A DNA stretch of 64,000 nt from an uncultured Sutterella sp. GTDB taxonomy: Bacteria > Pseudomonadota > Gammaproteobacteria > Burkholderiales > Burkholderiaceae_F. The notes below the pieces were generated by a model. The model saw nothing but the letters and a program-made list of their open reading frames with translations. It was not told the DNA's origin and did not search any database. This document shows positions 17,224-27,191 of this stretch, in pieces (position 1 is the first letter of the stretch; each line of letters starts with the position of its first letter). The stretch spans positions 7,858-71,857 of the forward strand of contig CAAEPH010000051.1 of NCBI GenBank assembly GCA_900757865.1, given 5' to 3'. The translations under genes and the position numbers were made by a program.

Positions 17224-19809
17224 GTGAGCGTTGTCATGACCACCTCTGCTCTCAGACAAGCCCTTGTACCCCAATCCATCGCAATCTTGGGGGCTAGTGA
17301 TAAGCCTAATCACCGTGGCACAGCGTTTTGGGATGCTTTGAGACAGCCTAACCCACCTTACCAGCTCTTTGCAGTCAATCCCAAATATGACACGCTACAA
17401 GACGCTCCTTGTTATCGTTCGTTAACGCATGTGCCTGAACCCATTTTGACGGTTCTCAGTACGCCTTCCCCTCAACGCGTTTTAAGTACTCTTGCCAATC
17501 TCCCCTCTTCTTGCCAGTTGTTAGTGCTCTGTGATGAATATCCTCAACTATGGAACCTTCCTATCTATCGAGAACTGTTAGCTCAAATTCGACAACAAAA
17601 CACACGAATCTTGGGGCCGGGTTCTTGGGGTTATATGATTCCAGGAGCCAAACTCAATTTAAGCGTTTGGGCAACCCTACCTAAACCTGGCAATATTGCG
17701 CTTTTTACCTATGCCGGCGACATTGCTGACATCGTTTTAAATCGTCTTTCCTCCTCGGGACAAGGTTTTTCCATCGTGGCAACTCTCGGACAAACGAGGG
17801 ATATCTCCATGTCCGAGTTAATACATACTCAAGCCGTTGAGCGCAATACAAAAGTTATTGCTCTACAGCTCGCCTCGCCTCTCGCAGAACCGCGAAACCT
17901 ATTGAAAGCAATTAGAGATACGGTAACGCGTAAAACGATCATTGTCTTCACGGGACTTCTATCGCAAGATGAGCAACAGCTTCTTACCCCTGCTTTAAAG
18001 GCGCTAGGGGCTCATGTCTGTGATGATGTAGATGGATTCATCGATAGCATCACGGTCTTAGCAGGCAATCGCTTACCCAAACAAAACCACTTAGCCATCC
18101 TAACGACCAGTGAAACCCTAGCAAAATTGGGGCTACAAAACGCAACCAAGGAGCGCATTCCATTAGCTAGATTGTGTGAGAGTACTGTAAAAACGCTGCG
18201 AAACAACGCTTTAACTATCTCCTTCAATAACCCGATAATATCGCGCTCGCTAGATAACGCCATCAAATCGCTCCCAGTACTTCTGCAAGATGAGAGTCTA
18301 GATGCGCTTTTGTTGGTTTTGCATACACCTTCATCCAGCAAGGACACCAGTAAGCTACTGCAACATTTCGTTAAATTGGCAATAGGGTGCACCAAACCGA
18401 TCCTTTGTTGTTGCCTCAATGTTTCTTTATACGAACAATTGGCTGCGCTTCTGCAAAAGTCGTCAAACGTATCTTTGTCTCTTTTTCCTTCTCTTGAGAG
18501 AGCTTTAGTTGCTTTTGATCGAATCGTCACTCAGCGCTACCTAAAGGTGCAACACCAACTCATACCTCAGTCCAGACCGAGTCTTGTTAATACAGCCAGG
18601 ATAGCTACATTAAGAGAGCACATTAAAGAGCATTTAGCGCAAGACCGTTTCGTCCTCTCAGCACCAGAAACCCTCACCTTTCTTTCCAACGCCTCACTGC
18701 CCTTAGCTCGAGCACAAATAGGACATTCGCTCGAAGAATGTATCGACCTACTCAACTCAGCAAAAGGCCCCATGCGTGTACGTCTTCTTGCGCAAGGCTA
18801 TGAAGAAAGTTTACCTGAACTCCTGGTGACAGACAGCCAAGACTTTGAAAAGCTGTGGCATCAAGCATTAGAGCATATTCATCGCCAGCAGGAACAAGCA
18901 GCACCTCTTCAAGCTGTCATCTTTAGTGACCGATCCTGTGAACTAACGTCCGTCAGAGATCTAAACATCTCTTTTTATCATCAGCTAGGACTAGGGAAAG
19001 TCTGTGCGATAGAAAGTGCAGAAGGCACTCTACTTTACTCTTGCTTTCTGCCCTTAAGCTATAACTCCCTTTTGCACCATTTCGCCAAACACCCCTACTG
19101 GCAGGCCTTGACACCAACAGTGAAAGAAAAATTAGCCGACAGTCTTTGCACATTAAGTGACTTTCTTTGTGCGATTCCTGCCGTTTCGCGTCTTCACCTT
19201 CCCATTCGGGTAACTGCCAACCATCTTTTCCCGTCGCTCCCCTGTATGCGGTTAAGTGCTCAGAACTTACAGAACGATGCAGATTTTTCTCATTTGTTGT
19301 TTGCCGCACCTCCTCTTGAAGAGTGGACACAACAACAAACTCCAAAAGGGTCTCTGTTCTTGCGACCACTCTTTGAGAGTGACTTCGATCGACTGGCGCG
19401 TTTTCTTAGGCGACTTTCCGACAAAAGTCGATATTTACGATTCCATACGCGCAGTCAACTCACTGACAAACAGATTCTTGACAGTTTTACCTATAATCCT
19501 GGCGACGGACAAGTTTGGGTATTATGCGACGAACATGAGATCCATGCTCTAGCTAGTTGGAGTCGGTTAGATCAGAGCGAACAAGCCGAATTTGGCATTG
19601 TCGTCGAAGATGCTTGGCAACGCGCTGGACTCGCAACTGTTCTTATGAATAAACTGGTCACTCATTCCAAACGGCATGGGATCACTTCCCTTGTAGGGTT
19701 CGTCCTTAAGGGCAATGAGGGCATGCAAAACTTTCTGCACCGTCAGGGTTTTGTTCGTACTCCCACTCACACGCCTGATACCGAAACCTGGCTTTACACT
19801 ATTCCTTAA
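17224..19809 (+). CDS. pat: Protein lysine acetyltransferase Pat/PatZ-type: NDP-forming acyl-CoA synthetase-like domain fused to a C-terminal GNAT domain
   Basis: 861 aa. The N-terminal CoA-binding domain (SIAILGASDKPNHRGTAFW) aligns with E. coli PatZ/YfiQ. The C-terminal GNAT domain (RYLRFHTRSQLTDKQI...FGIVVEDAWQRAGLATVLMNKLVTHSKRHGITSLVGFVL) closely matches the PatZ C-terminus. Confidence 0.85.
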   Translation: MSVVMTTSALRQALVPQSIAILGASDKPNHRGTAFWDALRQPNPPYQLFAVNPKYDTLQDAPCYRSLTHVPEPILTVLSTPSPQRVLSTLANLPSSCQLLVLCDEYPQLWNLPIYRELLAQIRQQNTRILGPGSWGYMIPGAKLNLSVWATLPKPGNIALFTYAGDIADIVLNRLSSSGQGFSIVATLGQTRDISMSELIHTQAVERNTKVIALQLASPLAEPRNLLKAIRDTVTRKTIIVFTGLLSQDEQQLLTPALKALGAHVCDDVDGFIDSITVLAGNRLPKQNHLAILTTSETLAKLGLQNATKERIPLARLCESTVKTLRNNALTISFNNPIISRSLDNAIKSLPVLLQDESLDALLLVLHTPSSSKDTSKLLQHFVKLAIGCTKPILCCCLNVSLYEQLAALLQKSSNVSLSLFPSLERALVAFDRIVTQRYLKVQHQLIPQSRPSLVNTARIATLREHIKEHLAQDRFVLSAPETLTFLSNASLPLARAQIGHSLEECIDLLNSAKGPMRVRLLAQGYEESLPELLVTDSQDFEKLWHQALEHIHRQQEQAAPLQAVIFSDRSCELTSVRDLNISFYHQLGLGKVCAIESAEGTLLYSCFLPLSYNSLLHHFAKHPYWQALTPTVKEKLADSLCTLSDFLCAIPAVSRLHLPIRVTANHLFPSLPCMRLSAQNLQNDADFSHLLFAAPPLEEWTQQQTPKGSLFLRPLFESDFDRLARFLRRLSDKSRYLRFHTRSQLTDKQILDSFTYNPGDGQVWVLCDEHEIHALASWSRLDQSEQAEFGIVVEDAWQRAGLATVLMNKLVTHSKRHGITSLVGFVLKGNEGMQNFLHRQGFVRTPTHTPDTETWLYTIP

Positions 19810-19836
19810 AGACCTATCTCGCTGGAGATTGAGAGA

Positions 19837-20592
19837 ATGAATAATATTATCAGCTCACTGGAGTTTGGCGTTCTTCGCCTATCTCTTAACCGCATGGCTA
19901 AACGCAATGCCCTAAACGTGGCGCTATGCCAAGAACTCACTCAAGCCCTCGAAGAAGCCTCTCAAAACACTGCGGTTCGTGTCGTTATTTTGCAAAGCGA
20001 ACCGGATGTTTTTAGCGCAGGGGCTGATATGGAAGAAACACAAAAAAAGCCTCAAGAATTGGACGAGGCGTTGTCGGCTCTTTTTGCAGCGTTAAACCGT
20101 TTTCCCAAAACGATCATTGCTAGCGTTAAAGGCCCCTGTGTGGCTGAAGGCCTCTTAGTGGTTCTGTATGCTGACTTGGTTTATGCCTCGCAAGATGCTT
20201 TATTTTCGTTTCCAGCCACAGCGTTAGCAAGAACACCTCGATTTGGCGCTATTTCATTATTTACTAAAACAGGCATGAGCAAGCTCTTGTCTCAAAAAGT
20301 GCTCCTATCAGAACCGATTTCCGTGGAGGAGGCTTTTGAATTAGGCTGGATCAGTGGCGTCACCGAGCCCGATGCACTAGACAAAGTTGTTGCAGAAAAA
20401 GCGGCTCGCCTCGCCGTCCTTCCCCCTAAAGCTGTCCAACTGACCAAAGAACTGCTGCGTGAGAAGGTTCGTGCAGAGATTACGACCTCTTGGGAAACGC
20501 ACAATGCTCTTTATCAATCTCAGTCCAGCTCACCCGAGGCCAAAGAAACACTTCAGGCTTTTTTAGAAGGTCGCAAACCCTCTTTTAAATAG
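19837..20592 (+). CDS. Enoyl-CoA hydratase/isomerase (crotonase) family protein
   Basis: Crotonase fold signature (RNALNVAL...VVILQSEPDVFSAGADM...). Confidence 0.8.
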   Translation: MNNIISSLEFGVLRLSLNRMAKRNALNVALCQELTQALEEASQNTAVRVVILQSEPDVFSAGADMEETQKKPQELDEALSALFAALNRFPKTIIASVKGPCVAEGLLVVLYADLVYASQDALFSFPATALARTPRFGAISLFTKTGMSKLLSQKVLLSEPISVEEAFELGWISGVTEPDALDKVVAEKAARLAVLPPKAVQLTKELLREKVRAEITTSWETHNALYQSQSSSPEAKETLQAFLEGRKPSFK

Positions 20593-20606
20593 CACGCCCC
20601 AAAATA

Positions 20607-20650
20607 GAGCATACCGCACCACATCGGTGCAGTATGCTCACTTTCGTTTT
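20607..20650 (+). terminator. Rho-independent terminator after the crotonase gene
   Basis: GAGCATACCGCACC-ACATC-GGTGCAGTATGCTC followed by a T-rich run. Confidence 0.55.
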
Positions 20651-20729
20651 CCTCCATCACACCAGCACCACCGAAATCATCCTGTCTTTTCCCCTATGTC
20701 ACTAGGGGTACGGCTCCATTAATCAAAGT

Positions 20730-20745
20730 TGGCACGGTTCTTGCT
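20730..20745 (+). promoter_or_regulatory. Sigma-54 (-24/-12) promoter upstream of gltI
   Basis: tTGGCACggttcTTGCTt is a perfect match to the TGGCAC-N5-TTGCW consensus with the correct GG/GC spacing. It lies about 65 nt upstream of the gltI start. Confidence 0.6.
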
Positions 20746-20811
20746 TTATTAAAAGTAAAGCACGACCATGACTCGAGCACTATCGAATCAGTTTCTTCAA
20801 AGGAGTCCGAT

Positions 20812-21711
20812 ATGAAATCCCTTCGCTTCCCTGCCATTGCCATCGTAATGGCGTCTCTGTTGGCTACATCAGCCTTTGCTGCCGATGATCTCACTGGTAC
20901 CTTGAAAAAAATTAAGGACTCTGGCTCGATGACCTTGGGATATCGTGAAGCCTCTGTTCCCTTCTCTTACTTACAGGCTGACGGGACGCCAGTCGGATAC
21001 GGATATGAAGTCTGCAATCGCATTGCGGATGCCGTCAAAAAAGATTTGAATATGCCAAATCTCAAAATCAACTACCAGCCCGTCACGAGTGCTAACCGCA
21101 TTCCACTGATTCAGAATGGCACTGTGGATATTGAATGCGGATCCACGACGAACTCCAAAAAACGCCAGGAACAGGCGGCGTTTGGCACCAATTATTTCGG
21201 TATTCAGGTCACAGCCGCTGTCTGGAAAGACGGTCCAATCAAGACGCTAAAAGACTTGGCTGGCAAAAATGTCGCGGTCACCTCTGGTACCACGACAGTC
21301 GAACTGCTTAAAAAGTTTGAAAAAGATAACAATATTACGATCCGTTTATTAAAGACGAAAAATTTTGCAGAAGCCATGAAATTGGTAGCGAATAAGCGCG
21401 CCGATGCCTTTGTCATTGACGATGTGTTGCTGGCGGGTCAGATTTCCACCCTCCCCAATCCGGATGACTTCAAAATCATTGACGAATCGCTTTCGACAGA
21501 ACCTTACGCTCCGATGTTCCGCAAAGATGATCCGCAGTTCAAGGCTCTCGTTGATAAAACGATTACCGGCATGATCAAAGATGGTTCTTTAGCCAAACTT
21601 TATTCGAAGTGGTTTGAAAGTCCGATTCCTCCGAAGAATGTCAACTTGAACTTCCCGATGAACAAAGTAACTAAAGATCTCTTTGCTAATCCTAATAGTG
21701 ATGGCATCTAA
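20812..21711 (+). CDS. gltI: Glutamate/aspartate ABC transporter periplasmic binding protein
   Basis: Signal peptide followed by close similarity to GltI-type binding proteins (TLGYREASVPFSY, NGTVDIECGSTTN). Confidence 0.85.
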   Translation: MKSLRFPAIAIVMASLLATSAFAADDLTGTLKKIKDSGSMTLGYREASVPFSYLQADGTPVGYGYEVCNRIADAVKKDLNMPNLKINYQPVTSANRIPLIQNGTVDIECGSTTNSKKRQEQAAFGTNYFGIQVTAAVWKDGPIKTLKDLAGKNVAVTSGTTTVELLKKFEKDNNITIRLLKTKNFAEAMKLVANKRADAFVIDDVLLAGQISTLPNPDDFKIIDESLSTEPYAPMFRKDDPQFKALVDKTITGMIKDGSLAKLYSKWFESPIPPKNVNLNFPMNKVTKDLFANPNSDGI

Positions 21712-21729
21712 TCTATAGCCAACCTTTTA

Positions 21730-21775
21730 CCCTGGGTGCCTCAGCTAGCAACTTTTGGGCACTCAGGGACTTTCT
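21730..21775 (+). promoter_or_regulatory. Intra-operon stem-loop between gltI and gltJ (attenuator or mRNA-stabilising hairpin)
   Basis: CCTGGGTGCC...GGCACTCAGG inverted repeat with one mismatch, lying in the 146-nt gltI-gltJ gap. Confidence 0.4.
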
Positions 21776-21857
21776 CCATCAATAACGAAACGCCCACTGT
21801 TTGGCCACCCCTCCACCTGATAGACAGAACGGCCAAACACAATAAGAGGAACGGAAA

Positions 21858-22592
21858 ATGGCATTAAATATGTCACTCGATGTCTTATTTGACATCTCGA
21901 GTTTTACAGATGAACCCTGGTGGCTCTATATCGCTGATGGCGCTATCTGGACCATAGGGCTGGCCTTAAGCTCATTTGCCTTAGCTGTAGCGGTAGGTAC
22001 GGTCATCGGAACACTGCGCACGTCTGAAAACAAAGCTCTCAGTCTGTTTTGTGAAGCTTGGATCGAGATCTTCCGTAACATTCCTCTTATTGTTCAAATC
22101 TTCATTTGGTACTTTGTTGTTCCCGAAATCGTACCAGCTTACAAAGCCTGGATCATCAGCGTTGATCCGATATACAGTCAATTTATTTCAGCCTTCCTGT
22201 GCCTAGGGTTATTCACCTCTTCGCGTGTTGCAGAACAGGTCAGAGCCGGCATTAGCTCTTTGCCTAAAGGGCTCAGCAATGCGGCTAAGGCGCTAGGGTT
22301 AACCACCGTTCAACGCTATCGCTTTGTCGTTTTACCCATGGCCTTTCGCCTCATTCTTCCGCCGTTAACCAGTGAAGCGATGAATTTGATCAAGAACACC
22401 GCCGTGGCAATCACCATCGGTCTCCCCGAACTCACGATGCGCGCAAATGAAATGGGGGAAGACACCTTTCAATTTTTTGCCGCTTATGTCTGGGCTACCA
22501 TCCTCTATATCGCTATAGCACTGGTCGTCAACAGACTCATGGTGTGGGTGGAAGCGCGTAGCACCATCCCTGGCTTCATCGTGGCTAAATAA
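21858..22592 (+). CDS. gltJ: Glutamate/aspartate ABC transporter permease
   Basis: Polar amino-acid ABC permease with the EAA loop motif (ALGLTTVQRYRFVVLPMA). Confidence 0.85.
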   Translation: MALNMSLDVLFDISSFTDEPWWLYIADGAIWTIGLALSSFALAVAVGTVIGTLRTSENKALSLFCEAWIEIFRNIPLIVQIFIWYFVVPEIVPAYKAWIISVDPIYSQFISAFLCLGLFTSSRVAEQVRAGISSLPKGLSNAAKALGLTTVQRYRFVVLPMAFRLILPPLTSEAMNLIKNTAVAITIGLPELTMRANEMGEDTFQFFAAYVWATILYIAIALVVNRLMVWVEARSTIPGFIVAK

Positions 22593-22603
22593 GGATCGAT
22601 ATC

Positions 22604-23287
22604 ATGTCGTTGAACTTTTCATCCATTACCGACAGCTGGGAATATATCCTTAATGGAGCGGCGTATACCTTGGAGTTAACGGCTATTACCGCCGTTGGAG
22701 GCTTGGTTCTCGGAACTTTACTTGCTCTATGCCGTCTTTCCAATAAACCTTACTTGTCAATTCCTGCTCGGCTCTACGTCAATTTAATGCGAGCGGTTCC
22801 CTTGGTGCTAGTGCTTTTCTGGTTCTTCTTGCTTATGCCAGAACTCTTACGAATCGTGCTCCACCTCGAGCATCCGGTCCAGATCGGCGCAGGCAACACT
22901 GCCATCATTACCTTTGTATTGTTTGAGGCTGCCTACTTTTCCGAGATCATGCGTGCCGGTATTCAGTCGATCAAAAAAGGACAGATTTGGGCAGCATATG
23001 GTTTAGGGCTTAGCTATGCCCAGACAATGCGTTATGTCGTTTTACCACAAGCTATCCGGCATATGTTGCCTGTGCTCTTGACGCAGACTATCATTTTGTT
23101 TCAGGATACCAGTTTGGTGTATGTCATTAGCGGCAATGATTTCATGGGCGCAATTTCTAAGATTGCCCAGCGAGACGGACAGCTCGTTCTGATGTATTCT
23201 TTTGCTGCTATTAGTTATTTAGCTGTTTCATTTTCCCTTTCTATGCTGATTCGTCGACTCCAGTGGAAAGGCGGGGCCGCTCGTTAA
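22604..23287 (+). CDS. gltK: Glutamate/aspartate ABC transporter permease
   Basis: Second polar amino-acid permease with the EAA motif (AAYGLGLSYAQTMRYVVLPQA). Confidence 0.85.
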   Translation: MSLNFSSITDSWEYILNGAAYTLELTAITAVGGLVLGTLLALCRLSNKPYLSIPARLYVNLMRAVPLVLVLFWFFLLMPELLRIVLHLEHPVQIGAGNTAIITFVLFEAAYFSEIMRAGIQSIKKGQIWAAYGLGLSYAQTMRYVVLPQAIRHMLPVLLTQTIILFQDTSLVYVISGNDFMGAISKIAQRDGQLVLMYSFAAISYLAVSFSLSMLIRRLQWKGGAAR

Positions 23288-23329
23288 CTGATACACTTCC
23301 CCCTTAGATAAATACAGGATTATTACATC

Positions 23330-24064
23330 ATGGCAATGATTGAAATACGTAACATCAGCAAATGGTACGGTTCTTTCCAGGTTCTCAAAAATTGTTCCGT
23401 TGAAGTGCAAAAAGGCGAAGTCGTTGTCGTTTGTGGACCATCGGGCTCAGGAAAATCGACCCTTATCAAGACTGTCAACGCATTGGAACCGTTCCAAAAG
23501 GGTGAAATCATTGTGGATGGCGTCTCCGTTGGTGACCCCAAAACAAACCTGCCCAAGTTGCGTAGTCGTGTAGGAATGGTGTTCCAACACTTTGAACTCT
23601 TCCCGCATTTATCCATTCGAGAAAATTTGGTCCTCGCCCAAATGAAAGTATTGGGTCGTAGCCGTGAAGAAGCAACCAAACGTGGACTTGAACTTCTTGA
23701 TCGCGTAGGGCTTTTAGCTCATGCCGACAAATTCCCTGGCCAACTCTCTGGGGGACAACAGCAGCGTGTGGCCATTGCTCGTGCTTTAGCTATGGACCCC
23801 ATTTGCATGTTGTTTGACGAACCCACTTCAGCCCTTGATCCGGAAATGATTAATGAAGTACTTGATGTCATGGTGGAGTTGGCCAAAGAAGGGATGACAA
23901 TGATGGTCGTCACTCATGAGATGGGTTTTGCTCGCAAGGTTGCAGATCGCGTCATCTTCATGGAAGCGGGCGAAATCATCGACAATCAACCTGCGCAAGA
24001 GTTTTTCAATAACCCGCATAGTGAACGTGCTCAGCAGTTCCTCTCCAAGATTCTCCAACACTAG
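23330..24064 (+). CDS. gltL: Glutamate/aspartate ABC transporter ATP-binding protein
   Basis: Walker [10 protein letters not shown], signature [14 protein letters not shown], Walker [11 protein letters not shown] and H-loop THEM. Confidence 0.9.
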   Translation: MAMIEIRNISKWYGSFQVLKNCSVEVQKGEVVVVCGPSGSGKSTLIKTVNALEPFQKGEIIVDGVSVGDPKTNLPKLRSRVGMVFQHFELFPHLSIRENLVLAQMKVLGRSREEATKRGLELLDRVGLLAHADKFPGQLSGGQQQRVAIARALAMDPICMLFDEPTSALDPEMINEVLDVMVELAKEGMTMMVVTHEMGFARKVADRVIFMEAGEIIDNQPAQEFFNNPHSERAQQFLSKILQH

Positions 24065-24108
24065 TTAAGAATCGACGTGTGATCTCCAATCACACTCTGT
24101 CTCCATTC

Positions 24109-24150
24109 AGCAACGTAAGCGTCTTTAAGTCGCTTACGTTGCTTTTTTAT
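24109..24150 (+). terminator. Rho-independent terminator after gltL
   Basis: AGCAACGTAAGCG-loop-CGCTTACGTTGCTTTTTTAT. Confidence 0.6.
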
Positions 24151-24269
24151 ATTGTTTTTCCTCTTTTGAGATACTGTCCTACCTATTGAGATTTCGCTAT
24201 TATTAGTGATATTTGTGAACTCGCGTAAAGTCGTGTCTATAGTGTTTGGCATCCAAAAGGAATCCCTCG

Positions 24270-25253
24270 ATGGAACATCAGTTAAAAACAGAAGAAATAT
24301 TAAACCTTGCCAGCGCCGTCCTTGTTCAAGAATCCCAGGCCATTGTCCACTTAGCTAATGAGCTAGGAGAAGACTTTGTGAATGCCGTTTCGACGATATT
24401 AGGCTGTCGGGGGCGTCTGATTGTCTCTGGGATTGGTAAAACAGGCCATATTGGTCGCAAATTGGCTGCCACATTTGCCTCCACAGGAACTCCTGCCTTT
24501 TTTGTGCATGCTGCTGAAGCTGCACATGGTGACCTTGGAATGATTACAAGCCAGGACGTCGTCATTGCCATCTCCTATTCTGGCGAATCTAATGAGCTGC
24601 TTACGATTGTCCCTGCGATCAAGCGTGAGGGAGCTAAGCTCATCGCCATGACAGGGAATGACCATAGTCGTTTAGCTCAATACGCTGACATTCACATCAA
24701 CTGCCACGTTGAACGCGAAGCTTGTCCTCTAAATTTAGCTCCCACAACCTCTACCACAGCAACGCTAGCCATGGGAGACGCCCTAGCTGTTGCTTGCCTT
24801 GCTAGTAAAGGCTTTACCAAAGAGGATTTTGCTCGCAGTCACCCCGGTGGCGCTTTAGGCCGAAAGCTTTTATTACATGTCCAAGACATCATGAGAAAAG
24901 GGGAAGATATTCCTTGTGTCACAGAGGATACTACGGTCTTGGAAGCTATCCGAGAAATTACCAAAAAACATATTGGTATGACCGCCATTGTGGATGAAGA
25001 CAACCACGTCTTGGGTATTTTCACTGAAGGCGATTTGCGCCGTCTGATCGAGAGAGTAGGCGACATTCGTCAAATACGCATTAAAGACGTCATGACGTTC
25101 CACCCAAAAACGATATCTTCCAATGAACTGGCCGCTGCGGCAGTCAAACTCATTGATCAATATCATTGCAACCAACTTTTAGTCGTCGATGAAGACAATC
25201 ATTTAATTGGAGCTCTCCATCTTCAAGACCTACTCTCTGCCAAGGTACTGTAA
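24270..25253 (+). CDS. kdsD: Arabinose-5-phosphate isomerase (KpsF/GutQ family, SIS plus tandem CBS domains)
   Basis: Near-colinear with E. coli KdsD (GKTGHIGRKLAATFASTGTPAFFVHAAEAAHGDLGMIT..., LAPTTSTTATLAMGDALAVA). The ATG at 24270 has an AAGGA SD site; the ORF-track start at 24246 is a TTG codon. Confidence 0.9.
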   Translation: MEHQLKTEEILNLASAVLVQESQAIVHLANELGEDFVNAVSTILGCRGRLIVSGIGKTGHIGRKLAATFASTGTPAFFVHAAEAAHGDLGMITSQDVVIAISYSGESNELLTIVPAIKREGAKLIAMTGNDHSRLAQYADIHINCHVEREACPLNLAPTTSTTATLAMGDALAVACLASKGFTKEDFARSHPGGALGRKLLLHVQDIMRKGEDIPCVTEDTTVLEAIREITKKHIGMTAIVDEDNHVLGIFTEGDLRRLIERVGDIRQIRIKDVMTFHPKTISSNELAAAAVKLIDQYHCNQLLVVDEDNHLIGALHLQDLLSAKVL

Positions 25254-25786
25254 TGTCAATTGTGGAAACGAAAGCCAAAAAAATTCGTTTAGTTGTCCTC
25301 GATGTTGATGGCGTAATGACTGATGGAAGTATTAACACCTCCGGCACTGGAGAACTTTACAAGCGTTTTTTTGTTCGAGATGGCTTAGGCATCAAAATGT
25401 TGCAAAAAGCCGGCATTGAAATCGCCATTATCACAGGGCGAAGCTCTACGATTGTGGCGGAACGTTGCAAGGAGCTTGGCATTACGCGAGTGGCTCAGGG
25501 ACAGCGCTTTAAAACCCCCGCCTATCTGGAATTGGTCAATGAGCTCGGCGTGACAGACGATGAAGTGGCCTATATGGGAGATGACATTCCTGATTTACCC
25601 CTGCTGATGCGTGTTGGCTTATCCACCACACCAGCCGATGGGAATCCTGAGATTATGCCTTGGATTCACTGGCAATCGCATTTCCCCGGTGGTCGCGGAG
25701 CCATTCGAGAACTCGCTGAACTCATTTTAAAGTCCCAAGGAAAGTGGGATGAGCTTGTCCAGCAAACGTTTATTTTGGGCCAATAA
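25253..25786 (+). CDS. kdsC: 3-deoxy-D-manno-octulosonate 8-phosphate phosphatase
   Basis: HAD motifs (LVVLDVDGVMTDG, GDDIPDL). Its start overlaps the kdsD stop in a TAATG junction. Confidence 0.9.
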   Translation: MSIVETKAKKIRLVVLDVDGVMTDGSINTSGTGELYKRFFVRDGLGIKMLQKAGIEIAIITGRSSTIVAERCKELGITRVAQGQRFKTPAYLELVNELGVTDDEVAYMGDDIPDLPLLMRVGLSTTPADGNPEIMPWIHWQSHFPGGRGAIRELAELILKSQGKWDELVQQTFILGQ

Positions 25787-26403
25787 TGTCTCAACGTAAC
25801 CTTATTCTTCGTGAACGTATAACAGCCATTATTGGCATTGTGCTATTGCTCGTTCTTATCGGCCTGAGTTACTACTACTCCATCAGTGGTCAGCTGTTAG
25901 GCCTCAAATACGTGCCTAGCCCAAAAAGTCCTGATTTCATGGCCAAAAATTTGGTCGTCACCGATTTCAATGCTCAAGGAGAGCCCACGCGTCAGCTCTT
26001 GGCTCAACAAGCTGAGCATTTTTCAGACGGCCAGATGAACGCTTCGAAAGCGCAACTCTATAGTTTTTCCGCCAACCGTATGCCCATTCACGTCGTCAGT
26101 GACAAAGCTTGGAGTACAGACAGCCTTCAAACCTTAGAACTCGCAGGTAATGTTTTTCTCCGACAAGAAGCTGACCAAAAGAACCCTTCAATCACCTTTA
26201 AAACAGAATACTTAAAAGGGCTTCTTGACGAAGAATTTTTTGAGACAAACAAACCTGTATTCATGACTCGGGGATTAGACACGACCAGTGCTCTTCATGG
26301 GATGGAGTACGATAACGTCTCTCACACCGTAGAATTGAAAGGCGACGTTGTCTCTGTCTTCCATCCTCAAGAAAGGACGTCACACCCGTCAAAATCACAC
26401 TAA
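25786..26403 (+). CDS. lptC: LPS export protein LptC
   Basis: N-terminal TM anchor followed by an OstA-like beta-jellyroll. It sits in the conserved kdsC-lptC-lptA-lptB position. Confidence 0.75.
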   Translation: MSQRNLILRERITAIIGIVLLLVLIGLSYYYSISGQLLGLKYVPSPKSPDFMAKNLVVTDFNAQGEPTRQLLAQQAEHFSDGQMNASKAQLYSFSANRMPIHVVSDKAWSTDSLQTLELAGNVFLRQEADQKNPSITFKTEYLKGLLDEEFFETNKPVFMTRGLDTTSALHGMEYDNVSHTVELKGDVVSVFHPQERTSHPSKSH

Positions 26404-26582
26404 TCAACTCCTTCAAAAAGGGGTTCGGCGAGACTGCTATACTATTTTGGCTGTGCTCATAATAAGAGGAGATGGTGATGTTAGATGGTTTAACATTCCG
26501 TTTTGGAACCAGCACTTAACCCAACTACTCCAGCGCAGTCAACCATATTGTTTGTTTATCTGACTTCAGATCGGTGACCACT

Positions 26583-27191
26583 ATGAAAAAACTTCTTCCG
26601 CTATATGCTTTGCTCTTCATTGGAATGGGTAATGCATGGGCGTTAGCCACAGATAACGATCAGCCCATTGAAATTCATGCAGATCGCTTTAACGGAGATG
26701 AAGTTAAACAAACAGCTGTCTATACAGGTAATGTGGTTGTTGACCAAGGGAGTATCCGTTTTACGGGCAACACACTGACATTATCCATCACCCCCAAAGG
26801 GTATCGCCATATTGTTCTCGTTGGGACACCATCGACGTTTAAACAAAAACGCGACAATCCCAATCCCAAAATTGACGAATGGATTCATGCCCGAAGTAGC
26901 AAAATTATCTACGACGAAGAAACCGATAAAGTCACATTGAGTGGTAAAGCTGAATTAAAGCGCACAGAAAACGGGCAACAAAAAGACATGACGAGTGGAG
27001 AGACGATCACTTACGACATGCGAAATGCTCTTTCTGAGGTCTCTGGTGCGGTTGTCAACGGCACCCACCAACGTGTCACAACCATTATTGCGCCTAGACG
27101 TAATAATGACGATAACAAAGGCACAACGCAACAACGTCAGCCCTTACAAAACAGCTCAAACATTTCCAAATCGAAAACGGAAGGTAAGTAA
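26583..27191 (+). CDS. lptA: LPS export periplasmic protein LptA
   Basis: Signal peptide ([20 protein letters not shown]) followed by an OstA-like domain ([29 protein letters not shown]). The ATG start is at 26583; the ORF-track start is a GTG at 26574. Confidence 0.85.
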   Translation: MKKLLPLYALLFIGMGNAWALATDNDQPIEIHADRFNGDEVKQTAVYTGNVVVDQGSIRFTGNTLTLSITPKGYRHIVLVGTPSTFKQKRDNPNPKIDEWIHARSSKIIYDEETDKVTLSGKAELKRTENGQQKDMTSGETITYDMRNALSEVSGAVVNGTHQRVTTIIAPRRNNDDNKGTTQQRQPLQNSSNISKSKTEGK

